A DNA stretch of 63,589 nucleotides, counting the filler, from Cercozoa sp. M6MM (lineage: Eukaryota > Protista > Endomyxa: Ascetosporea): NCBI GenBank assembly GCA_040357565.1. It is 12 parts of 12 records of this genome, joined end to end, with 100 filler letters (N's around TTAATTAATTAA, not from the genome) between each part and the next. Parts side by side here need not be neighbours in the genome. Positions count along the whole stretch, not along the records: positions 26,601 to 32,584 come from JBDODJ010000814.1; positions 32,685 to 40,028 come from JBDODJ010000634.1; positions 40,129 to 41,712 come from JBDODJ010001986.1; 9 more parts are not named here. One strand, given 5' to 3'. Below, one piece after another: positions 26,639-40,189 of the stretch. The notes beneath the pieces were generated by a model. It did not search any database. It was not told where the DNA came from and saw only the letters and a list, made by a program, of their open reading frames with translations. Numbering within the stretch: the first letter of the stretch is position 1; every line of letters starts with the position of its first letter. A program made the translations under genes and the position numbers.

Positions 26639-27313
26639 GCACGTGTACCCTGCTGCCGGCACTGGGCGTGTCTCTGGCCGATGCTCTCGCTTCGGCACTC
26701 GAGGTCGCACTGTCTCAGGCGCAGCCTCAAGTTGTACCACCCCCTACCCCGACCCCTGGCCGCCCGCCCCCTGTGTATCCCCCCTACCTCTCTTGTCTCC
26801 AGGTGTTTTTGCCGGACACGGTGCAGCTGCAGTCGCCGCTGTCGCTGCACGAGTGCCGCCTGGAGAGACAAGAGAAGACGGACAAGGAGGACGAGGCCGT
26901 GCTGCGACAGGCCTGTCTCACGCTGCGCAACGCCGCTGCTGCTGTACCCTCTGCCTCCGTCTCTTGTATACTATGTCTGTCTGTATGTATGTATGTATGT
27001 ATGTCTGTATGTCTGCACGCCTGTACGTCTGTATGTATGTGTTTGTATTTATGTCTATAGGTATGTATGTATGTATGTATGTATGTTTGTATGTATGTAT
27101 GTATGTATGTATGTATTTATGTATGTATGTATGTATGTATATATGTATGTATGCGTGTATGTATGGACGTAGGCGAGCGAGGCGCGAGTGATGCGCCAGC
27201 TGGCCAGCGAGTTGCTGCTGCCGGTGCCGGTGTCGGCGGCGCCCACGTCCGCGCGGACACGTGTGCTCAGCGCGTACGCGCGGGCAGATGCTGCCGACCC
27301 CAACAACAACAAA

Positions 27314-27344
<31 letters not shown>

Positions 27345-29539
27345 GCAGCACCATCCTGAACAGTCTGCGACAGTGCGACGATGCCGACAGCACCGATGAT
27401 ACCGACGGTGTCAGTCTCAGTGTGACCACTGCTGATGATACCGCAGTCACTGCTGATGACAACACCGTCATCGTCACTGCTGCCGATGATACCGTAGCCA
27501 GTGCTGCTGCCGATGATGAAACCGTCGTTGTTGCCGACACGCAGCGACCGCTGCTTCGACTCGACGAGCCGCACCGCCGCCTGCTCTACCGTGCTTTACC
27601 CCCTCCCCCTGTTTATTCCCTGTTTATCCCCTGTTTACCCCTTCGCTTTACCCCCCTGTTTACCCCCTCTTTACCCCTCCCCCTGTTTACCCCTCCCCCT
27701 CCCCCCGCAGGCGAGACGGTGACGTGTCGTGCGCGTGAGGAGGAGGTCTTGGTTTTCGACGATCTGCTGGCCTGCTGCGAGGCGCCCAGCGACGAGGGTG
27801 GTAGTTTACCCCCCCCCCTTTCCCACCTAACTTATCCCCCTCCTCTTACCCCTCCCTGGGACAGGCAAAAAGAGGAGGAAACGGCTCCGGCGAATTCTGC
27901 GTTTTTGTCGCTTCGACGAACCGCTGCTTGTTGACACTGAGTCCGTATGTATGCCCCCTCCTCTTACTCTCTCTTTACCTCCCTCCCTGCCCCCTGACAG
28001 GAGTACGTCGTGGTGCGAAGTCGGTTTCACGCCTTTCGTTTGGCCGACACGACGCCTGCGCTGCTGCAATACATGTACTCCTTTACCCCCTTTACCCCCC
28101 TTACCCTTTACTCCCCGGGCAGTGTCGAGGCAATGAGACAGTTTCCGAAACTTGACGTTACCACAACGTAGTTGTTCTATCCTTTTCCCTCTGTGGTAGT
28201 CAAGTGTGACACATCCGCGTGGATGCGTGTCGGTTTGACCAGTGACCTGGCCAAGTTGCCGCCTCTGTGGCAGGCCGACGAGGATGTTGACAAATGTTCC
28301 TGCTGTTCGCGCACCTTCACTGCCTTCCGTCGGAGGCATCACTGTAGTTTACCCCCCTCTTTACCCCCTTCCCTGCCCCTCTACTCCCCTCTCCCCCTTA
28401 ACACCCTTTTATCTTTTCTTGCCCCCCCCCGGGCAGGTCGCGAGTGTGGCAAGGTGGTGTGCGCCACTTGCAGTCCGCGACGTCCGCGCGTGCTGCACGG
28501 GTATCGTCTGTTACTTTGCCCCTACCTCCCTACCTCCCTACCTCCATACCTCCCTACCTCCAGAGGTAGGCAGATGGGCATCGTGCGAGTCTGTGTCAGT
28601 TGCGCTCGCGACGAGACTCCTGCGGTATCGCGCGATGTTACCCCCCCCCTATTCCTCTTATCCCCTCCCCCAGGTGTTGTCGCCGTCGCTGAACTGCGTG
28701 ACGACGTCGGTGCCGATCGCACGTGCGCCCGTGTCGCAGTTGCCGTACGACTCGGACAGTCCCGAGGAGACTGAGACGACTGTGCCTGACTCTGTGTCTG
28801 TGCCTGGACAAGGACAAGGACAGGGACAGGGACAGGGACAGGGACAGACCGCGGGCACACCTCGCAGGATACGCGTCGTGCACAAGGGCAGCACCGTCGA
28901 GGTCGACGAGTCGCAACTGCCGCCGCCGCCGACGTCGCCGCCGCCGCTGGCGATTGGTCCTACTGCCCTGCTGGGTACCACCTCACTAGGTAGTAGTACT
29001 ATCACCCTGGGTACTCCCGCTGCTGCCCTAGGTACCACCGAGACTGTCATCCCGCCGCCGCCTGCTTTGCCACCGCAGCGACACTTTGACAGTGACACCG
29101 ACACTGACATGGCTGACACTGACACCGACACCGACACCGACACTGAGCAAGACGGGCCAGAGCAGGAGAAGCAGCAGCAGCAGCACGAGACTGCGCAGAC
29201 AGCAACGACACCAGAAGCGGGCGGCCGCGTGGCCGGTGCCGTCGCTCTCATCGAACGCCGCGAGCGGCAGCGCATGGCGGAACTGCTGCGTGAGCAGGAG
29301 ATCTCGCGCCGACGGTACTTGCAGCGTACGCACCCTGCCCCCTGCCCCTCTGCCCTGTGCCCTCTTTGACGTTTTGTGTGGTTGGCAGGAAAGAAAGACA
29401 AAGACCCCGGCCGGCACCGGTCGTAGTGCGTCGCGTGCGTGGCCTCAGCTTCCTGCATCGCAAGTACTGCCGCTCGCCTCCGTCCTCGGCGTCGTCGTCC
29501 TCGTCTGCCGGCAGTGCTGTGCAGGTACTGCGTAAGTGA
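26639..29539 (+). CDS. FYVE zinc-finger protein with upstream DH/PH-like remnants (FGD-like), 5' partial
   Basis: PLWQADEDVDKCSCCSRTFTAFRRRHHC|RECGKVVCATCS...VRVCVSC; upstream VLVFDDLLACC is PH-like. Confidence 0.8.
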
Positions 29540-29632
29540 CCCGAACTCGGGCTAGTCTCAGACGCAAGCTAGCTAGCTGAAGCGGGATCTGTTTCTCCGT
29601 CAGTTCAGTTGATTTATTTTTTCCGGTCGTAT

Positions 29633-29839
29633 TGTTACAGACGGGACTGACTCAGGTTATGCAGTCTCCGCGAGGATGAACCCAGACTGACCAGTTGGTC
29701 TACTATCAGAAGATTCCGTCGACAAAATTTGACGTACGGTAAGAACCCAGTTGGGCGGGGGTAATTCTTCACTTCGCTTCGTCTAATTGACGACTTACTT
29801 CTTTTATTTAATTCTGTTCACTGACAACCGTCAGTAACA
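29633..29839. mobile_element. Solo-LTR-like element, family B (207 bp)
   Basis: Termini TGTTACAGACGG...CCGTCAGTAACA (11/12 inverted match); 4-bp TSD GTAT (29629-29632 / 29840-29843). Confidence 0.8.
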
Positions 29840-30046
29840 GTATCATCGATTGAGGGCCAGGCTGCCGGGAGTTAGCCACGCAACACATACACACCACTGA
29901 TTCAAGACGGGCAAAGAACGATGATAACTGACCGTCGGTCGGTAGGATCAACACAGACAGTCGGCGTCAGTGTCACGATACGATCAGGAGTATAGTATTT
30001 TCCAACAGAGCTTGTCTCGCCATTACTCCGTGTGCTGAGCGTGGAA

Positions 30047-31263
30047 ATGTCGGTCAAAACTGCTTACTTGTTTGCGTACAACGCGTTCTGCACGCTCGCG
30101 TGGGCCTACACGCTGGTAAGTCTTTTTGTGTGTTTTTCTTGGTTTCCGCACGTGTCTTGTCAAAAATGACGCTCGGATTGCTGCTGGCGTGCGTAGTTCC
30201 TGGCGCTGACGGCGCTCTCCAGCGCTGACGATGTTTTCGAGTTTGTCAAGTCTGGTCGCTTCTACGAGGCTGTGCATGGTGCGCCGATAGACATCTATAC
30301 CATGCGGGGGGTGCGTGAGTGTGGTGTTACCTTGCACATGACTCGCAGTGCCGCTAAAGCTGGCGCAGACCGTGGCCATCATGGAGATCATCCACGCCGC
30401 CTCGCGACTGTACCTTGTCAATAAATGGGCAGCTGCTGTGCTATGTGCGTTGAGTGGGCAGTGTGCGCTCGCCCGTGACTACGACGTTTTTGCAGGTACC
30501 CACCACCAATCCTGCCTGCTGTGTAGGAACTAAACCTAGAGATACACGTACCGTGATGCAGGTGTTCTCGCGCGTGGGCATCCTGTGGCTCGTGTGCTAC
30601 CCTGCCCCTGGTGAGTCATCGTTCAGGTCATCGTTCAGGGTTGTGCTGGCTTGAAGTGTGACATGCGGTGAATCACATGGTGTGGGGCACAGAGAGCATG
30701 CGCCAGGTTGGTTTCGCGAGCATGGTGCTCGCCTGGTCGCTCGTTGAGTGCATTCGGTACTGTCTCTTTCCCAAAAGGTAACGATCCCCTTGTCTTAGTG
30801 TTTGTTTGTGTGGTGCAGCTACCCGTACTACGCGCTGTCGCTGCTGCAGGCAGTGCCGTCGGCGCTGACCTGGTTGCGTTACTCGGCCTTCATTGTGCTG
30901 TACCCGCTCGGTATCGCGAGTGAGATCTCGTGCATTTTCGCGTCGGTGCCGTCGCTACAGAAGTCGCAGGTGCCTCCTTTTTTGTGTGTTTCTACTCGCA
31001 CGGATGGGTTTAGTTCTGCAGACCTGGTCGGTCTCGATGCCGAACAAGTACAACCTGCCGCTGCAGTGGTACAGTACGCTTTTCGGCTCCCTTCTCCAAC
31101 TGGTGTGAGCGCTTTGTGTGTGTTTAGGAGCTCCGTTGTCGTGGCGATCTCGCTGTTGTACTTGCCAGGATCGCCCGTTATGTTTGGCCACATGCTGCGC
31201 CAACGCGGCAAGTACCTCAACGGTGCCAAGGTTGACAAGGCTGACAAAAAGAAGGCCCACTAA
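30047..31263 (+). CDS. HACD: Very-long-chain 3-hydroxyacyl-CoA dehydratase (PHS1/HACD)
   Basis: YLFAYN, QTVAIMEIIHAA, VRSPVTTTFLQVFSR, AWSLVECIRYPYY, LTWLRYSAFIVLYPLGIASE, YLPGSPVMFGHMLRQRGKYL; C-terminal KKKAH* ER-retrieval motif. Confidence 0.95.
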
Positions 31264-31384
31264 TTCCACACACGACAGTGCCTATATCGTCTGTTTTAGT
31301 GGTCATGTTACACCCGAGTCATGCAGTCTGCGGATGAAGATGATGTGTTCGTGTCGATTGGTCCGATCAGCTCACGTCAAAATC

Positions 31385-32494
<1,110 letters not shown>

Positions 32495-32539
32495 TAGCGT
32501 TTTTCATACTGAATTATCGGTGCTGCGTGGTGTGTTGAG

Positions 32540-32584
<45 letters not shown>

Positions 32585-32689
32585 NNNNNNNNNNNNNNNN
32601 NNNNNNNNNNNNNNNNNNNNNNNNNNNNTTAATTAATTAANNNNNNNNNNNNNNNNNNNNNNNNNNNNNNNNNNNNNNNNNNNNGTGGT

Positions 32690-32739
<50 letters not shown>

Positions 32740-32771
32740 TAAAACCCGCCATTCACCTAGAAGTGCGCTCA

Positions 32772-34352
32772 CCTGGTCCGTGACATCCTGAAGAGCATAC
32801 AACGCTGCGTGCAACTTGGCTGCCGTGTAGCTCTTTCGTTCCGAGGCAGGGATGGCGTCAAAGATCTGTTTCGTACAGAAAGTGAAACATACATACATGC
32901 ACAGAAGTATGCACAGTTTGTCACCTTAGCGAAGCTCATGAGGTAAAGCGGCCAACGATCGAGAGGGAGACGCACGAGTGATGACAGCATTTCCGTGTCG
33001 CGTTGACGCTCCATGTCCTACATAGAAACACCTCTCTCTCTCTCTCTCTCTCTCTCGCTTCCTTTCCCTCGTCGCCTAGCACCCGCTCCCCTTGTTTCGG
33101 GGAGGTATGTAGTGAAGCGTTGACATACGGCATCCAGGATCGGAACATCCATCTTGGGCAGCGACGACACCATGCCCTGGATCGAGTGCAGGCGCGACAG
33201 CTTGTCTTTGGCAACGGCGAGCTCGAACGAAATGAACTCGCGAAAGTCACGCTCATCCATCGCCTTGCGCACGGCGTTGACTTGCGACTTGTTGTTCTCA
33301 ATGTCTGCACATGAAGAGGCATTACTGGAGTCGAACCAAGAGAAGACTGGGAGGAAACTCACACGATGAGAACATCTTAAACAGCTGATACATCTCGACA
33401 AAGATCGCGCCGAGCTGCTGCAGGAACGAGAGCGGTCCTTTCAGTCGCTCCTGCGTCAAACGCTCCAACAGCGTCTCCGAGAACGAGTAGATGTTATCGA
33501 ACAGTCCAAAGATTGCGTGGTGCTGCTCTTCGCTCACAACTTCGCGGTCACGTTGCGCCATCACCTGACCAAAGAAGACACTGGGTGATCCACGAGCAAC
33601 AGCGCAAGTTGGCTTTTGGTACATTGAGTCGGAGCTGAATGTCGCGCAGCGTGCGCAGACCGTTGACGACATAGGTGCGCTCGTCGAAGAAGAATTCGTC
33701 TGCCCTCTGTGGACGTTACCAACAAACATCCGAAACGAAAAACAACACGACTCTCATTCATCGAACAAAATCGACAAAAGAAAATCATTGGGTTTGGTTT
33801 TCTAAAGCAGAACACCCTGCAGGCCTCATCAAAGCCTGTGTCAGAGGCAGTCATGGCCACTGGCGAGGAAGAAGGTGCAGGGAACGTCTCAAAATGGATT
33901 ATTTTCCGGTTTTGCTCAAAAAACCTGCTGTGTGTTTTTGATTGCTTGCCAGGCCGGCTGTCGGGATCATTGTCCGTGTCCATGGGATCAGCAAAGTACA
34001 AGGACGACAACCAGACAGAAGACCTGCGCTCACGTGGCTTGACGCTATTTGATGCATCGTAGAAGGGTGCATCAGGCTATACAGCGACTTTTTTTGTTGC
34101 GATCGCAAGCCTCGCGTTCTTTCGCTCGCAAATCACAGCAGAGAATGGTGTCAACAACAACAACAACAACAACAACGCCGATGTTTTTGAAATCGTCCGC
34201 ATGGACGTTTGGTGAGGTGTTCCCCGTATCACAGCACACGAGTGCGATTGTCGAAACTGACGGTAGCGAGAGCGTCGTGCATATAGGTACACTGCGAGCC
34301 ATAGATAGGCACACCGTTTTCGACAACGTGGTATCTGGTAACAGGCGACATT
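32772..34352 (-). CDS. RhoGEF (DH domain) protein, partial
   Basis: EFFFDERTYVVNGLRTL, HAIFGLFDNIYSFSETLLERL, LGAIFVEMYQLFKMF, LSSLVRLPLDRWPLYL. Confidence 0.8.
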
Positions 34353-34362
34353 GAGGGCGATT

Positions 34363-37263
34363 ATGCGTTTTTGCTCAAAACTCTGTTCTTTGCACTGCCG
34401 CGTGCTGGAAGTTCTTTTGGGGTATGCGGTGCTTTTTAGTCCTCTAAAGGACCCGCTTGCCCATCAAACTGAATGCGTGTCCCATATCAGCTGAAAACAC
34501 TGGATGGACGCGATGCGATGCCGCTGATTGCAGAGTGGATGCGACGCACGCCGCATTGTGCAGCGGTATGTGCGTTTTCCTGTGAACATCTTGTGTATTT
34601 GAAAGGCTTAAAGCCATATTCTCTTGAGCTTAACAGAAAGAGGCCGAGGACGCGATCCGGAGCATCGGGCGCGTGCGACTCACGGTAGCTGTCTCCGGTA
34701 GCACAGTCCAGTCAGTGCACCTGGCGTACAGGGCGATCCCGAGGACGGAAGTTTCCTCGTGTTTGGCGGTGACGCCGTCGATCATGCATGCGGCGATCTG
34801 CACGTGTTGGATTTCCTGGTACTCCCTGCGTTAGTTGCATTTTGTTTCAGGGCTGAGAGTTGTTTGCTGTCATTTAATTTGTAGGTGAGTGCGAAGCGTC
34901 GCTTTCCGCAGCGCGTGTTTGCCTTGTTGGGCAATCGCGACATCAACAAGCTGCGACTTTCGTCGGAACTGGCGCTGCCGAGTGCTGCGTTCTGCGCGCA
35001 CCTGCCAGAGCTGTGTCACTGGATGCCGCCTTCCTCGCGCAACTTCCGTGCGCTGCTGCAGTACGCGTGCGAGAGGTTCCCTACCGCAGATCTGATGAAT
35101 TGGTGGCGGCGCTCTCGATTGGTACAAAACACTCTTTGCATACAACATTTGCATACAACAGAAACCGATCAGTTTTAATGTGACTGTAGAGAGTGCGACC
35201 GGACGTGTCTGAGAGCGACTTTCCGTCGATCAGTGAGAGCGACTTTGGCACCAGCGACGACATCGACAACACACGCGACATGATTGAACGACTGCAGGTG
35301 TGTGTGTGTGATCATCTGCGTTTCTGCCTGCTGTGTGTGGATCATGGTGTATCTGGTTTCTGTTGTGTTGCGTGGGCGCTCAGGCCATTCTGACGGCAGC
35401 GATGAATTCGCCGAACGCGTTCGAGTTGCGACGCAAAGAGATCGCGCTGTCTCGGTATCCTCAATTGTCCTCATTAGCTTTAATTCATTGACCCCTTTTC
35501 TCTGTTTCGACAGAGGTGTCAGCCTCGACGAAGTGGACGATGTGACGGTCTGCGACTCGTTCATCGAGCAACTTGGCATGTCTCGCACCGACAGACAAGA
35601 TGGTTCCGAACACTGGTGGCATGGCCTGGTACTTCTACTGTTTAGGATACAATAGTTATAAATCTGCTGTGTATGAAACAAAGCTCTTGTCGCTGCTGGA
35701 CGCTGGCGATATCGTTTGCGTCATTGGCGACTCTCTTTTCGGTATACTTGCCGACAACGCACTCATTGCTCCGCGGTATGTACGTGTTGTGCTGGTATCG
35801 GTGCAGCACATGGAGGCGTCACCGTCAACAGCGATGACGGCGACTGGGGCAACCTGTTGCGCCCGCTGACTCCGTACACGTGGCGACACGGACACGAGCG
35901 ACCGCGTGAGGTGGTGGCTGACTCGTTCGATACAACGCAGGCGCACCTGCCGTCGCCTCCACCACCTGCAGAGATGACACGCGACGCGTTGAGGGATTGG
36001 TTGCAACATGGTACGCCACTTTGGCACCTGTTACACCATCAGATTCTTGTTTTAAGCCCATTCACCGCTCAAACAGTGTCGCAACTCAAGACTGCATCAC
36101 TGTCGCAATATCGACAGCAGCCTCTGTTCACTGATGCAGTTGATCGCATCGATGTGGACTCTGTGACTGCCCAGGACGGTATAACTGCCGTCGATGACGG
36201 TGTTGCCATTGATGAGAACGCGATCGCCCCGGTGACTGCGCGGCGCGGTGGCGGCGACCTGCTTGGCATGATCTACACGCATGGTGACCCGCGCTCGGCC
36301 TCGCCGATCCAGGGTCCGTACGTGCACCTGCGGCACCGTGCCTGTCGGGTAGCATTGTGTCGCCTTTTGTTTATGTATGTGTACTGAGTTCATATGTGTG
36401 TGAGTGTACAGGACAAGAAGACGGTGGTGGGACACGTGGAGTGTGGCACGGAACCGTCGTCGCTGGCAGCAGCACTCGCACGCGTCGGTGTCAACACTGT
36501 TCTAGTTGGTCACAAGTACCACTCTCTCCTGCTCTTACACGTCTGTCTGTCTGCATGTAGACAGTATGTGTGTATCTTGTTTTACAACCAGACCCGTCGG
36601 TGACACTGTCATGCTGCACGATGTCGACGGTTCCGATGCCTCCTCGTGTGTCATTCTGAGTGGTCAGTCCCACCCACCCCTCTGTCTTTCTGTGTGCGCA
36701 TGTCCCACTTTGTGCAGACACGTGCAAGGGCGCCGGCAACGGTCGCAAGCGTGACGTGGTTACCTTTGCCGTGCGCACGGAGGGCATGTGGCACACGCAC
36801 CGTCTCGCTCTAACCGAAGGTGCTGCTGTCCAAAGGCGGAACAGAGACACTCACAGGTCAAGCGACGGGTCAATTGGCCGTATGTCAATTGACAGTGCCA
36901 CCGTCACCGATGACGACTTGATCATTGAGTCCATGGTAAGCAAGCAAGGTGACACCGTCACACTGACGGATGGTACTACGCTGCAAGTGGGCCGTGCCGT
37001 CGCCGAGACCGTCTTGTACGACGCACTACGAGCGATGCCGGCCGACCTGTCCGTGCCAGACTATGTACGCGACCTCCTGCAAGACCGCGAGCGCTTCGTG
37101 GCGCACTGCAGCACGGTGCACCTTCTCGGCGTGACCAGCACGAGCGGTGGTGACACCTCTTCTGCCCTCGTGCAGTGCTGGTTCGACCTGGGTCACAGGT
37201 GGCCGTCCTACTGCGTGCTGCGACTGCCCTTGTTGTCTGACGTCGATCGCTATCCTGCTTAAC
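34363..37263 (+). CDS. Calcineurin-like metallophosphoesterase (protist family)
   Basis: FLVFGGDAVDHACGD, RVFALLGNRDINKLRL, SLF-HGG, VLVGHK; stop TAA at 37263; start uncertain. Confidence 0.8.
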
Positions 37264-37569
37264 TTCAGTTACGTTGGTTGTTACTCGACAGTCGAATGTG
37301 CGCTAGTTCGGTGCGATCGCCGGGCGAGCCTGATCGGATGTACCGTCCGGTAGTTAGTAGTTCAGTCTACTAAGAAACCAACTCTGTGGTTCCCCTGTAC
37401 CAGTCGTGGGGTAGCGTGCGGTGCGGGTCAAGTTCGCGTTGGTTAATTCCAGTCCGTTCGAATTCGTTTTCGTTCAGTTTGGTTTAAGTAAACATCCGAC
37501 ACGATACGATATGCGAGGGAGTCTAATACGATAGCCCGGCCGGGCGGGCGCACCGGCCAGGCGGCCAGG

Positions 37570-38464
37570 TTAGTCGAGGTCGGGCAGCGTGTCGTGCGTG
37601 TCGTTTAGACTGAGCAGGCTGACGTCGTGCTCGTTGGCCGAGTACTTTCCGTACTCGTCGGCAAAGTCGTCGGCCAGTGAGACGCCGAGATCACCAAGAC
37701 CGAACTCGCCGCTGTCTCGCGTGACACTGTGTGTGGCTACGGTGTCCTCCCTGGTGCAGTTTGGTTCGACTGTCCTCTCAGGCACGCGCCTCCTTCTGCA
37801 GGCACAGATTGCATTGTAAAACCCTGTCATTTTCACAGCGAAAATAAGAGGCGCAAAATACGGAGAACTGTGGCCGAGCATGAGTTCGTTGACAAGCTCA
37901 ATCGGCAGATCGGAGATTTCGGGAATAGGACTGACGAGACAAAAAAACATGCAAAAAGTTGTAAAGCAAGACAGTTTCGTACCGCTGATGCAGCTTGCCG
38001 TTATCGTCAGTGTCGCCGACGAGAAACTTCTTCATCGTGAGGTAGGTCAGCGCGTCGCACCAATCGACTTGTCCGCTGGGCCGCGGCGCCGGCTGCCGCG
38101 CGAACTGATCGCTGAGGGCGCACGCACTGTCGAGTGGGTGCGTGCCGCTCAGCGAGTAGAACGAGTACAAGAAAATACTAGCCACGAAGGCAACGCAAAG
38201 CCAGGTCGGGATCGCAATCGCCCAATACTACAGCAGCAAGAACGTGCAATGGTACCGCCGCCACACAGAGGTATTCAGACCCAGTACCTTGTCCGGGAAG
38301 TACGAGATGCCGTATTGTACAAGCACGTGGTCGGGTGTGAAGCTCCACACCAGAAAGATGCCGAAACAGATGGCCGAACCTACCCAAAGCACAAAGCCGT
38401 ATGCTTCGGTCTGCGCCTGCCGCGCCGTCTTGGCGCGGATGTACGCCGCACGTGACACTGTCAT
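37570..38464 (-). CDS. PIGP: GPI-GlcNAc transferase subunit PIG-P
   Basis: EAYGFVLW...FLVWSFTPDHVL...GISYFPDK|YWAIAIP...IPEISDLPIELVNELM. Confidence 0.92.
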
Positions 38465-38801
38465 CGCCGGCGCAGATCGGCCCTCAATTCAGACCGAGCA
38501 CCTCCGCGCACACCTGATGCGTGGATCGCTCTAAAAAAACGCGTGCACGCGCACAACGCTAACCGTAGCAAGCGTCCTCAAGAACAAAAACAGCGGAGTT
38601 TTCTGGCTCCCTGGGCTCGAGCAGAGCTGACAGCAAATCCCTGCCTGAACACGCCTGAACACGCGAATCAAGGTATTGCAAGGCAGCTGTACATTGATTT
38701 GAGCGGCACAGCAGGCGCCAGCAAAGAGTCGGTTCCAAAACAAAACAACATTTTGCAAAAATTGGCTCAAGGAGAGTCAGCCAAGTGCAGCACAGTGTAA
38801 A

Positions 38802-39969
38802 ATGGCGTCAGCAGCCGTAGAGTTGTTCGAGAAGACGCGTGGTGGCTTCAATTTCGACAATGTCGAGCGGTACTTGCTTCTGCGAAAGATCCACGTTCTT
38901 GTTTGGTTTCTTTGCTTGAGGATGTTGGTTTGTTGTGTATGTGTGCGTTTAGAAACGCCATGATGGCGAAGAAGGGCGTGAAGAACCCCGGCTTTCGCAA
39001 AACGGGCACCACTCTTGCCGGTACAGAACTGTTGTGCCGCCGGGCGTTAATTTCTTTCACTTTGCTTGGGGCAGGCTGCGTGTTTGAGGGTGGTGTCGTG
39101 CTCGGCACTGATACGCGCGCTACGGCTGGCTCCATCGTGGCCGACAAGAACTGCTGCAAGACTCACCACTTGGCGGAGAACATCCAGTGCCTTGGCGCCG
39201 GTACGGCCGCTGACACCGAGATGGTGACGCGCATGATTGCGTCGCAACTCGAGTTGCAGCGCATGAACATGAACCGCGACCGGCCGCGCGTCATCTCGGC
39301 CATCACGCGACTGAAGAACCACCTTTTCCGTTACCAGGTATACCGATACTACCACTTCCCGTGTACGTGCACTGAACCTGCTGCGGTGTACAGGGTCATG
39401 TGGGAGCCGCTCTCATCCTCGGCGGCGTCGACATCACGGGACCGCACCTGTGGAGTGTCTCGCCTTGGGGCAGCACGGGCACTGGTCCCTACCTCACCAT
39501 GGTACATCTGTTCCTCCATCCTGTGCACACTGTATGTGACTATCCGCTGAACCAACCCAACGTGCTGGTGTGCTACAGGGTAGTGGCAGTGTCGATGCCA
39601 TGGCCGTGTTCGAGGCCGACTTCAAGGACGGCTTGTCGAAGGAGGAGGCCATGCTGTTGGTGGCACGTGCCATCCGAGCAGGCATCTTCAACGATATGGT
39701 ACTGTAACTGCCTCCTTGTGTAACGATGCGTGACGGGAGGTATGCTGCGCAGGGCAGTGGTAGCAACGTCGACATCACAGTGATCCGCGAGGTCAAGGAC
39801 GAGAACGGCGTGGTACCTCCTTCCAGTACGTACAAGGTCTTGCACTGTAAACTTTCTGTGTATGCTCAGCCGACCGGCGAGGTCAAGCGAGAGTTCTTCC
39901 GTAACTACCAGACGCCAAACGAGCGCACCTACCGTGCACGGCCCGTCGTCTTCCCTCCCAAGACCACGC
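38802..39969 (+). CDS. PSMB7: Proteasome subunit beta type-7 (beta2), 3' partial
   Basis: [82 protein letters not shown]. Confidence 0.97.
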
Positions 39970-39978
39970 GTACACACA

Positions 39979-40028
<50 letters not shown>

Positions 40029-40189
40029 NNNNNNNNNNNNNNNNNNNNNNNNNNNNNNNNNNNNNNNNNNNNTTAATTAATTAANNNNNNNNNNNNNNNN
40101 NNNNNNNNNNNNNNNNNNNNNNNNNNNNTGGGGGGTAAACAGGGGGGTAAACAGGGGGGTAAACAGGGGGGTAAACAGGGGGGTAAAGA

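Noticed and set aside
37334-37499. TCGGATGT...ACATCCGA inverted pair in a convergent intergenic region
   Set aside because: Only 8 bp, no target-site duplication and no second copy; compatible with chance.
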